Positions 37,701-49,736 of a stretch of DNA of 64,000 bases are shown here, piece by piece. The position numbers were made by a program, and so were the translations under genes. The notes under the pieces are model-generated. The model did not search any database. It was not told where the DNA came from and saw only the letters and a program-made list of their open reading frames with translations. The stretch spans positions 15,438,001 to 15,502,000 of the forward strand of contig OZ059897.1 of NCBI GenBank assembly GCA_964057225.1, read 5' to 3'. The first letter of the stretch is position 1; each line of letters opens with the position of its first letter. The DNA is from Auanema rhodensis (Eukaryota; Animalia; Nematoda).

Positions 37701-40700
37701 AAAGTAAGAAACGTTGCACACATTTTTTAGATTAGAATTTAGTGGTGAGAATGACATTTACTTTTCTATCAAACTATATATAAAGAAAAAAAAGAAATAG
37801 ACGATTTGTGATTGAATTAATATGTTAAAGTTGAAACTTATCGTGAATATTGTCGTGATTATGTAATCATTTTCACATCAAGTTATCATCCTGATCAATA
37901 AGATTAATGATGTCGTATAGCTGATAGATTGGAATACATGGCTTAGATCATAATGCGAATATGCATGTCTCAACTCTCCGGACTGTTAAGTCCCGCAGGG
38001 CAGCAGGACAGCAGCCGGAGAGTGAGTAGCACAGTAGCGAATACGGAAGTAGTGAAACGGTTAAGCTTTAAAGTTTGTAGTACGGACGACGGAGAAGCTT
38101 TTCCTCTTAAAACGTTTTCGTATCTCGCGGGTTTCGATGTCGAGTAGAGGGAACCCTGAGGGAAGGCGTGACAAGAGCCCAGATAAAGAGATGGAAAACC
38201 TATAGAGAGAAAGAGAGGCTATTAAGAGAGTGGGAAGATAACACCGAGTCGAAGAGAGAGCTTGTTCGAGCTCGACTCCTCTCTCTTGTTCTCTTACTCT
38301 TTGTCCATGTCTCTTCTCGCTCTGGTTTAGTTCGCGTAGTGGCGCTGACGGCTGATAGTGGTATGCTGTGCCCGCAGGGGGGTAGTGACCAGCACACCCC
38401 AGCGCCCTCCGTGCCAGTTGAATCGGTCGGCTTGGCCGGCCAGCAGCCCAAAGTGCATGCCTGCGCACTCTCTCATCAGAGGGAACTATCTCTGGCCAGC
38501 ACAGAGCGGCGCCGACGTCCTCCCCCATGCCCGAAAGCCGTTGACTGGTCTCCGCCTCCTGTCCGGTCTCGCTTCCCTCTGCTAATATCCATAGTGTTTC
38601 CTCAATGTTTTAATTCTTTTCTCTACTTCCTCTATTTCATAACGAATATCTAATCGAATATATTCGAATATGACGACGACAATAGGGTCTCGACTCATTG
38701 GGATCGTCGGTCACTACAAGTGGTTTTCAGAGTGCATGTACTATGATGTTGCCGGTTGATTCAGAAACTCATTGATTTAGAAGTGCATATGAATATGATA
38801 AACCTTTAGAGAGCACCCATCCAAATGATATATCAGAGATAAACAGTCAGTCTGGTAACACATCAATTGTGAATCAGTTTTTCATTTCCACTCTTTCTAG
38901 AGCAGCAAGCTACTTGTTTTACTACTAATAGCGTGGCACACGTTCACACATTAGCTAGCAAATATGTGTTAGTGACGTAAGCATATGCCACGCATGATGA
39001 TAAAACTAAGGGGTAGCTCTTATAACAGCGTTGTCATATCTAAGCAGGCTGTTATAATATTTTCAAAACTCGTTGATCAGCTTACAACAGAAGAACATGA
39101 TGTTGAGATTAGACGTGCCAGGCATTTCCAGCAACTGATCTTTGAGCGAATGCCCTTAAAGGACAGATGGCCGAGTACATGTGCCAGCCAGTGATAGGAA
39201 AGGGAAAGCATAAGCTGGACAACTGAACTTTATTATGAACTTGTTGGTCATTCAAATTGGTTTTACGAGCTAATAGAAGGATAGAATGAATTAAACTAAG
39301 AAATTGCAATCCAGATGGACAAAGAGAGATGAATAAAGAAGTAAAAGTGTTGAATATGACATTCAAATTATCTATAAATAGAATAATATTGCGGAAACTA
39401 TAAAAGTATAGTGCATAATTATAATTTATGCGGTTGGATAACTTATAGGAAGTTATATTTTACAATTAATGTATTTTCTGAGCGCATTTGAAAAACCTGC
39501 TGCCTTGCGTTCAAGCAATGTAACTCGGTAAGATGTGCCTAAGACATTAACAAGCGTGATTTATTATTCAAGTTTTAACAATGTTTTCCTTAGGTCCCTC
39601 CTTTTGCGTTGTTTAATTGTTTAAAAGGAAATGGGTATTCCCTATCTCTCACCTCTCTTGTCCTTTGCCCTTGTCACAATTGCAGAAGCTAGCGTAGCGA
39701 CGATGTCGTGTTCGCGTACGCGGCAGTATGTGGGTCGTGGGGCCTGGTCGTGGCAGGCCGTTCCTCGCCGTGGCGACACCGCCATGGACTCTTCACAAAT
39801 GCTCTTTCTCTCGCATTCTTCTTAGTCTCTCACCATCTAAACATGTTCAAGCTATGGTTTAACGCCAGTCTTTCTTTTGCATCAGACATGTTTGATGATC
39901 TGAGCCTCCGTTTACGTTACGCTGCTTTATGGAAAGTAGTTGAGTGTGAACAGACTCAATGAGAGAAACATAAATACCGATAGACAGAGTGATAGAGAGA
40001 GTGAGAGAGGGAGAAAGAGAGAGAGATATATATAAGAGATTTTGATTGCATTCGCAATCTTCGTGCAAGATATGTTAGATCGCTTGCTCTTATTCTTTTT
40101 GCTCTCTCAAATTATTCAAGTTTGAATAAGTTGCACGTAAGGGTGTAAGAGAGATAGACATTTCGTGTACCCGGCACGCACTTTCACGCATAATTCCACA
40201 TGCAGTTACGTGAAATTGAAGACAATTCATGATGGAATTTCTTTCGTTTGTCATCAAACATTACAAAATTTAAATGTTTCAATCCAAGAACAGTTGAAAT
40301 TGCGAAATTCTTAAATGATCGAAATGTTTCGAACTGTATGGAACTAAAGCAAACGTATGGAACTAGTATGAGATATTCAGAATGTTGTAAGGGGTGCAAT
40401 AGCAATAACATAGATAAGCAGCAATCAAACTAATTTTAAAGACATTAAAAACTTGCCGTGCTCATCAAGCTTCTGAGCTCATCTTCAAATCCTTTAGCCA
40501 TTTGTGGTGGTAAAGTATTAGATGGTTGATTTGGTAGTGGATCAGCTAATACATTAGCATCTGAATAGCAGAGATTAAAATCTATTTCTATACTTTTTTG
40601 AGCAAAGGGCTAATTAAGATGGACTTACCTCCAACTGGAGCATCAACTATCCTATGAAGAGCGACAATCATCTCCATACGTTTTGTCCATGGATTGATAT

Positions 40701-41945
40701 AAGCCGACCATTGGGTTTCAGAAGTTAAAAGGGCACCATTGTGCGCCACAAGACGCAGAGATGACATACTCCGAACAACTTTTCCACGAGAATTGAAGAC
40801 TGAAAAACAAAAATATACGAATTGCTTGTGAACCAAAACAGTTATCAGATGCTATTATAAAGTTTTAAAATAATATATATGAATAAAACATACGATCAAA
40901 GTGAGCTTGTCTAACGATATGTACGTCTGGAGCGTAAATGAAGCTAAGAAAAGATCGTCCCAAAATGTCTGAAGGCAAATGCCCCAAATATGGTATAGAT
41001 CTGAAATATATGATTTAATATTAGTGCATAAATACAGTATAAAATAGAAAAATATAAGAAAAGAGGATCTAAGATCGTGATGAATCGGACAAAGCCGACA
41101 CATTTTGATCAAATTTGCATAATCGGCTGAAAGGATAACTAAAGGAATCAATGCGAAAATAGCCTGAGTGATGGAACATATCAATGTAACATCTTATTCT
41201 TTAATGCAATTGATTCCATAAGCTTATATGATACATAAAGAATCAAAAAGAGAAATTAAATTAATAAACTTACGAATTGTCAATATGTGTTACAGTACAA
41301 GCAGCTGAATGCCTTGTCATAAAACTGATAGGCAAAAATGGAGCTGAAGGCGTACAAGCTGGCCGTATGGCCAAAGCTGTGATACTGACGCTATGACGAC
41401 CTTCGAATTGACAGAGAAGCTCACAGGCAGCTGCTACTGGTCCACTGAAAAACAGTAACTTGTAGAATAACAAATGAATTGCATGAAAATTGTGGATACA
41501 GCCTTATTGCGTAAAAGTTAAAGTGAAAATGAATTTTTGACGTGACTACGTAACTATTGCGCCGTCACGAATACACGCTTATTTGTAGATTTTTTTAAAC
41601 TTCCTCATAAATTTAGTTGTTTTGTATCTTAGATAATTCACAAAAACTATGATAAAACAAGGAAATAAATGGGGAAATATTGATTAATTATAAAATATTT
41701 TAAATTATAAAACTTTGTATGTATGTAAGACATTGCAATGGCTATAACGATGTAATAGATGAAACTGAATCTGTATCGATATTATGCATATGCGTAGGCG
41801 TTGTAAACGCTTCGTCAGGACTTTCCCTAAGCATTTGCTCAATTCTAATGAGCATTACGGCTTTGACTGTGGTCCCTCGAGGGATACAATCCAGGGTGGT
41901 CAGTTAAGCCACTCTGGTTGTCCTCATCTATCTCTAGAATCATCC

Positions 41946-42007
<62 letters not shown>

Positions 42008-42444
42008 ATACAATTAGTATTTTCGTTATTCTATATCCCTCTTTGCTTGTCTTCATCATCATCGTCTTCATCTCTTCCCGACCCCCACCCCTGAGGCATT
42101 GCTTGCTTGTCCGAGCTATACTGGCCTCCTTTTATGTGTTGTTCCTCTCTGCGTCTCCGCCAAATTGCACTTGCAAGTCACCGACTGGCACTGACCAGCC
42201 TCTCTTCTCTATACTCTAACGCATATCGTGCATTATGCTGTCTGCGCTCTAAGTTGTTACAACATTCTCTCAATTCGTCAGCGCCTCTGTTGTGTCTCCT
42301 TTTAGCATATTGTATCATATTTCCCACGTAGTTGAATACTCAAGTGTGAATGACCAGCTAGGGTGCAAAAGAAGACAATGCTGTAGAACAGAGAGATGCA
42401 ACTGAGAGATATAGAGAAGAGAAATTGAATAGAACGAGAAATAA

Positions 42445-42477
<33 letters not shown>

Positions 42478-45033
42478 TATGGTATGAGCATGAGTGTAAG
42501 TAGGAAATGAAACCAAATGAGTTTAATCTTATAAGGTTTCATGAATTCGCTAATCTAAATACTCAATATGAAACCAAAAGCCAATTAATTTATGTTATTT
42601 AATAAAACTGAAAAGAAAAATATTAATTGAAAAAGGCCAAAGCACCGAAGACTTCCAAGCTTTTTGTGATATGTAAGAATAATATTGAACTAATTATCAT
42701 TTGAGTGTAAAAATAGTTAATGTTGCAGAAATTTACACAATAATATATTATATCTCTTGCATATAGTTTATCCAATATAATAGATTATTGATTATACTAT
42801 TGACAGATGTTGGAAAAGCTTTTATTTCCTCTTTAGCTCATTCTTCCTCACATCCAATCTCTCATTCAAGCAGACAAAAGAGGAATTGTGCCGCATCAAA
42901 TGAACTTTGATGAAGATGAGAGACAGATAGATAAGAATAAAATATAAATTTCAAAAAACTTAAGAAAACTTACCATTTAAGGCGTGAAAAGATGCGTTGT
43001 TTATGTGTAAATTGAGCTACCGTCAGTAGATGAGATGGAGCAATGCCGTCAAGCAAAGGAAATAGACTCATACCCGTGTGTAAATGCTGAAATAAGAACA
43101 TATTTTTACATATTATCTAATAAAATCTATTAAAAAATATATTATTTTTTTAACCTTTCAAGCTTAATAGTGTTGTTATGATCTTTATGTCCCTGAGTTT
43201 TCTTCAAAAAAAAAAGGTTTTAAAGCGATTTTTAGGTTCTTTTTGTTTGTTTTTTCGTATACTAACGATGGAAGTCATTTTTTATTCTCGCTTTTTCATG
43301 TACACGTTTCTTTTTCCAAGTTTGAGCACCGAAAATCACTTTGCTCAAATGTGCGACGTGCGAAATCGAGAAGCCGATTTCTCCTTCTCAACTGTGTCGT
43401 TCTACTTCTCGCTCTTTACCTCAATCTATACGTATCCATCTACGTTTGCTTCATCGTTTTTCTTTGTTCTTAGTTTGATCTATTTACGGCCAAGATATAT
43501 GTACGTTAAAATGGAAAACGATTTCAAACTGAGCAGAAAGAGAGAGAATTCAACGTCTTAAACCTTTAGGTTTCGTTCATTCTTACCAGCCACGACTCGT
43601 CAACAATTTGAAGCGTTGCGAAGCACGACGATATTAAAGCCTCTCAACCATTTAAGGAGAATAATTGAACACGAAGTTTCAAAGTGTTAAGTCACGGTAA
43701 AGCCATTCAAATGCGATCGCTCTTTTCTTTCACTGTCTATGTGTCTTCGCTATCGGCGAAGTTGTCTTCTTATTCATTTAATCCTCATGAAAAGTTCAAA
43801 TGAATTTCTCTGATTGATTTCGATTACTCAATCAACACAGGCTTCATTACAGCTTCAATCCCCTTTACTCACCAGCTCTGGTCTGAGATAAGATTAAGAA
43901 CATTTTTCTCAACTTTATCTCGACGAATGATGAAGCCTGACAAGCAGTGCCAGTGTTCGCTTGGCTATTCTGACTGCTTTGCAATATACGAAAACATCAG
44001 CCTCGTAATTCGTCTAAAATCATGCTTTTCAAAGGCCGTATCGTCGTTTACCAGGATTCAGATAACCAAATGACTGGCAGGGGGACAACAGTTGTCTTTT
44101 TCTGGAGTCATCATGCTGGGTGGACATCAAAACGGAGTTGTTTATGAAAAAATAAATTGCACGATCAGAAGAACAAGTATTCTGATATATTTCTACGCCC
44201 CTAGTTTTCCTCTTTCTCGTTACTTAAGTTACTCGTTATTTAGGCCTTCTGAATAGCTTGCAATAACAATAATCAGGAGTCCCTTGTAAATGTGAATTGG
44301 CCTTCTGTCTCTCCTTTTCTCTCATGTTCTGTATGCTTTGTTAATAAGAGTAAATGCAGTTTGAGAAAAGCTAGGTCGGAGCTCCCTTAGGCGGTCAAGA
44401 ATCCCCGCCTAAGAGATGAAGACATTGAGAGAAGAGCTTAGTCTCACAAATAAAAGAGAGAAATTGAGTGAGAAAGATGCAGGGTAGTGACCATTATTGG
44501 TCATTCTCATTCATTCGAGCCCACAATCTGCTTCTACTCTCATCATAGCCTGCGGCTGTCTAAAGAGTTCTTTGAGCTCTCCTGTTACACTCCCGATGGA
44601 AAAGGAAATGCAAAGGAATAATTTAACGAATGAGAACTGATACCTTACAAAGGTTAAGCTTGATTTGTAAAAGCCTCTAATGTTTTATTTTACTTGGATA
44701 ATTACTTAAGTAAATGGAAATTCGTATTGTTCATGGTTGGACAACCATTAGATGCGAATGTGTGGTCATTTGCTTGCTCTCTACACTCAAAAAGCAAATT
44801 TTTACCTCCGGCCCAATTTGCTCCGACGTGATGCGTGCTTCCTGAATAATTCCATCTGGCATATCTATTCGAACCGTAAACAGATGTCGACTATCTTTAT
44901 CTTCATTCTGTTGTTCGGAACGATCTTCAGCTTCTGACCACGTATGAGGAGGTGAGAGCTCTATACCAGCAGTACCGCTGGTTACGGCTCCATCCTTCTT
45001 AGGGCAGTCATCTGCTGTTGATGAGTCGTCACT
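31768..45033 (-). CDS. lin-42: LIN-42 Period homolog. Exons 45033-44806, 43086-42974, 41444-41274, 41000-40894, 40799-40629, 40560-40457, 35228-34737, 34691-34513, 32477-32219, 32172-31768; initiating exon upstream of 45033 not resolved
   Basis: PAS region (LSPPHTWS, ACELLCQFE, SIPYLGHLPSDILGRSFLSFIYAPDVHIVRQAH, WSAYINPWTKRMEMIVALHRI), SYQ motif LSYTQINCLENVHRLLKSQSRPESP, LT motif PLTREALMQHNKRWEEEYRDTW; all junctions in phase. Confidence 0.93.
41951..42004 (+). repeat. (TC)n microsatellite in lin-42 intron
   Basis: Uninterrupted TC dinucleotide run of about 27 units. Confidence 0.95.
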
Positions 45034-47592
45034 CTGAAAATAAGCCAAATTATCTACGTAATGAGGAATTCTGAATTATAGCTGCTGATATAACAGCCTA
45101 ATCTAGTGGATTAGTCAATTGATTTCTATCATCGGATGTTTTGGTTAAGTTTAGAGATTCAAAGCATTCGTCTGTGGATGTTTTTACGATGACCAGACAA
45201 AGCTGTTTGCAAGATTGAACATACGACTTGAAAGGATGAGGAAGGATGACCAGTAGAAAGAAAGATTAAAGGAAACAGAGAGACACAAATTCTGTAAGCG
45301 AGAGGTAACAAGAGAAAAACAGACATCAGGTTACCATTTTTGAAATAAAAACAAACAAAAAGGATAGGAAAACGTTGTCACTATGGGAAAAATATTTTAT
45401 TTATAGAAAAATGGATTATTTTTGGATTTACTCTATGAAGAGAATACAAACTTCGGTAAAGCAATATAAATACAATATAGATTGATATATGAAGAATAAA
45501 TTAGATATATCGTCCATTTAATATATAATTATATGAAAAATAAATGGTTAAATCTTACTATTGACGGCTCGAGACGGGAGGTAGCATCATGTGATGTGGA
45601 TTGAGAGCTGACCAGCTCCTTCATTAGCCTCCAAGACGTCTAAAATACATTAAAAATGAAAAATTGAAACTGTATTGAAAACGAGAGAAAGAACAATTAT
45701 AAATTGTAAAGACAAAAGAGAAAAAAATGCCGATAAATCATGATAAATTGAAAATAATAGAATAGTTGTAGAAAGAAGAAGGTCGAAGTAATAGTGAGGA
45801 GAATATATAAATTTGTATAAAATTCCGTTTGAATGAAAAGGAAGAAGCTTATTATGAAGACGATGGCTTGCGGTCAGCACTACCATTATGCCTGTTGTGA
45901 CTCATAAATCTGGTCATTATCATCATGCAGAGCAATAGAACGTATAGATAAAGACAACGATAGAGAACCCAAAGAGCTTGGAAGAACGCATAGTGGACAA
46001 AGAGCCAGATGGTTATGCGGTTTTGGAGCAAACTGAGAGATATGTACGAGAAGGCATGGAGAAATTACAGAGAAACTGAGAAAGAGAGAGGGAGAGAAGA
46101 GGAAATAGATAGAGAGAGAAAAGAAGGGATGTAGAAACAATATTCAAAACTAAATTAGTTAGGCAGCTAAAGAGAAGAGAAAACGACAAAAGGACAAGAG
46201 GAACAGAACGTTAAAGAGAATATTGCGTATGAAACGGACCAGCCGGTCGACATCAGAAGATATACAAGCTTGTCTGGTATTTAGATGAGTAAGTAAGCTC
46301 CAGATATACAGAAGAGTTGGAATATATGTGAAGAAATAATCATTAACATAATTGATTAATATTAAAAACAATAACAATAAATTATTATTTAATAATATAA
46401 TAATTATATTAAATAAATAAATATAAATTATACGTATAATATAAGAAAATAAAGAAATACAAATGAAAAACATTTGAAATGACTATTATTAAAATATGTG
46501 TATAGTACAAACACAATAAGAAACAAACTGTAAGTGAAACATGGAAAGAAGGTTTGAAAAAGGCTGAAGACGACGATTCGACGTTTATTGAGGTCTCATC
46601 ACACATCAATGCCGTAATAGGACAACGTACCAGGTGCAGACTGCGCTAATCTATTTCGGTCAGTCGCCGACGGACACGGCAACAACGTTAAAGATGCAAC
46701 AACGCTGTCGACGATGGCGACGGTGACGATGAGCCGTGAATCCTGATCGGCCTTCGTTTTACGGATTTCTGATGCACTATTTGATAAATTCAAATTTTAA
46801 TATGCATGGTGGTACTGAACGGATGCAATATGATTAGAATGACTGAGGTATTCGTAGACAATACGTTAGAATGCGTGTGTAGTTCACGTATAATGCTCAC
46901 GTACTTTTCATTTTTGAATGGAAATGGTTGAATCTGGCTGTGTTAAAATGAAAAGAGAGAGAGAGTTAAGGGATTGAAACTTTTTTTGTTTGAAAATTAT
47001 CTATTTTTTTGTAATAGCGAATATAATATGTATAGGACGATCAATGAAGATTTATATATAATAAACAAGAATATTGAGAAAACTTGAACGAAATAGAAGT
47101 AACCGGAGTTGAATATCGTACCAGTTTCGTTAAACGATAAATCTAACTTAAGCTGATGAACCTTGCTTTGAAAATGTCGAGTGAATAGTTTATGTTTGAA
47201 ATGGACAGAAACAAATTCACGTTTTGTGAGAATTAAAAAATGAAAAAAGGAGATGAGCTATGATGATGGATGAATGAATGTACCGGAGGTTAGTTTAGTG
47301 GCTAAGAAGGGATGAACGATGGATGAGATACATCTACATAGACTGAGCACCAAGACAGTGCGTGGATTGCATTGATGATGAGGATTCGAGATCTTCATCT
47401 TCGTTAACGGAAGGCAGTGTCATGTATGTATGTCTCTGTGTGGATCGGTGCTAATGATGGTGGTTCGTAGTGTTGGTAGTAGAGTAGTGTTTAGAAGAGG
47501 ATACAAAATAGATAAAGAGAGTGTTAAGACGAAAGAAAAGACTAAAGAGCGTCGATGAATGAGAGAGAGGCAGAGAGTTAGAGAAAGAACGG

Positions 47593-47632
47593 GGACGGAC
47601 GGATGGATGGACGGACGGACGACGGACGGACG
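47593..47632 (+). repeat. (GGAC/GGAT)n tetranucleotide tract
   Basis: ggacggacggatggatggacggacggacgacggacggacg followed by a G run. Confidence 0.85.
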
Positions 47633-47812
47633 GGGGGGAGTCCCCCTTCGTCGACCGACTGGTAGAGGGTTGTACGACGCCGCCAGCAAATGCAATAAGG
47701 TCAGACAGCCGCGAACAGCCCGGTACGGACAGATCAGACAGAGAATGAGAGAAAAGTAGAAACCTACAACGACGACGATGAAGAAGGTGAAGAAGGTAGT
47801 GAAGAAGTTGGT

Positions 47813-47842
47813 GAAGAAGAAGAAGAAGAAGAAGAAGAAGAA
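47813..47842 (+). repeat. (GAA)n trinucleotide microsatellite
   Basis: About ten tandem GAA units. Confidence 0.9.
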
Positions 47843-49701
47843 CGACGACGGCTACGTTAACGACAACGTCGTAACTGATCAAGAGAATAGAATTAAACGT
47901 GGAAAATACAAGAAGAAATATGAATATGATAGTTAAAGGTTGTTATAAATCAGAAAGAATTGGCAACGTTTTTAAAAGTTTTTAGGCAAAGACGCAAAAA
48001 AGTGTAAAATCTATTGAGCTACAGGTTTAATTTGAAAGGTGTGAGGGCACATGGAGGGAATTTGAATGATGTATTCAAACGAAAAAAAAAGATTTAAACA
48101 TTATTTCTAAAGCAAAAACTTGTTAAATACGTTGAAAAAAAAGAATTGCAGGTGTTAGTTAACCAAGAGCACAGTACTAAATAGTGGATACAGTGCAAAA
48201 AAAAATTAAAAGTGAGAGATACACTGGAGAGAAAAGATCAAAAAAAAAAGTTTTTGAAAATGAAAAGGTCATTTGAAATTTGAAAATAAAAATAAAATAA
48301 CTGAATTCTAATGAATTTGAAAACTTTTTTTTTGCTTTTCTTCATCGAAATTTTTTTTTTCAGAATAAAAGTGTGTGGTGAAGAAAAAAATCAGAAACAA
48401 ACAATTCTTCGCGATTGCAATGGGATAGAATGGAGAACGAAGAGTATATGTGTGAAAAGGGACAACGCAAAAAAGCGAGAAAAAACGCTTGTTTGTTTGT
48501 TTATTTTAAAATTTCTATTTCTGAAAAAAGTAGGATTACTTAATCCAGATATAAATTACTCTGGAGTGGGTTGAAGAAATATAGAAGATTAAACATATCA
48601 TGATTTAGAAATGAATGAACTGAAGTTTATTGACGTGACAATAACTTTGGAAGCCCTAAGGGTTAAATAACCGGCCACCATGTTGAGGAGAATAGACTAG
48701 ATCGGGCTAGAGACTGATATGGGGAAGGGCCGATTGACCGAGCCTTCACCCACATCTTCAGTCGTCATCGTCGTTAGTCGTACCAGCCAGGCTGACCCGT
48801 AGACAAGATAATCGACGATGAGAAGACCTAAGGCTTTCGTGCCCTGATCAGAGATGGAAGAAAATGCTTTACATGGTTACAAGTCAGTTGCAAAGGGAAA
48901 TACGATTGATATACGCTGATACGGAAAATCGTGAAGGAGATCTCGCAGATACAGAATCTTTTGGATATTCGATATCAAATTCTGAGCTGTCAGTTTGCGC
49001 TTGATGATCAGTGCTGGTCAGATACCACAAAACTTGAAACATGTAAATCATTAAAGAGAAACTCGAAAATACGAGCAGAATTGGTTATATCAACCTAGGT
49101 GCTCTCTCTCATGTATTTTCATTACAATGATATTGAACAGGAACGTCCTCAATCTCTCGTCATCAGCATCATCTGCGGGCTACCTTTCTAGCACCTCTGA
49201 ATAGTTGCCTTTGAATTTCAACCATCTGAACCTCACTCGTCCGTGCCTGACACCATCAGAGAAAAATGACCACAGATGATTGGAGAGACAGGACGGACGA
49301 TGGACTGGACAATCAAACGACCGTCCATCCATCCGCCAATACACAGCTAACCGCGATGGCCTGCTGGTGTGTATACTGCTGCTGCTCCTGGTACAGCAAC
49401 TTGACTAGTATGACTACTGCTGTGTCTTGGGACGACAACATGCCCTATACCACAAACAGACACGCACAACAGATTCTTTACTCCATAACAAAAAGGTTTG
49501 CGGTTGCTGGTTAGCATTGATGTGCCCATTGAAGGACAAAGCAAAGCCTTCGTTATCGAATTGGCATTTCCCAAATTTGAAAGAAAAATGAATGAGATTG
49601 ATAGAGTTAGAAATGAGAAATAAAAGAAGAGAATATTGAGAGAACGAATGGGATAGATTTCGAACTTGCATTCACCTTTCATAGAAGATTGGTCGAAAAG
49701 G

Positions 49702-49736
<35 letters not shown>

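Noticed and set aside
38061-38653. Overlapping 155-161 aa ORFs on both strands in the lin-42 intron
   Set aside because: No recognisable domain or splice structure; open frames are explained by locally high GC; better read as a regulatory island.
43190-43197. TCCCTGAG matching the lin-4 5' end
   Set aside because: Rest of lin-4 absent, no precursor hairpin, intronic position.
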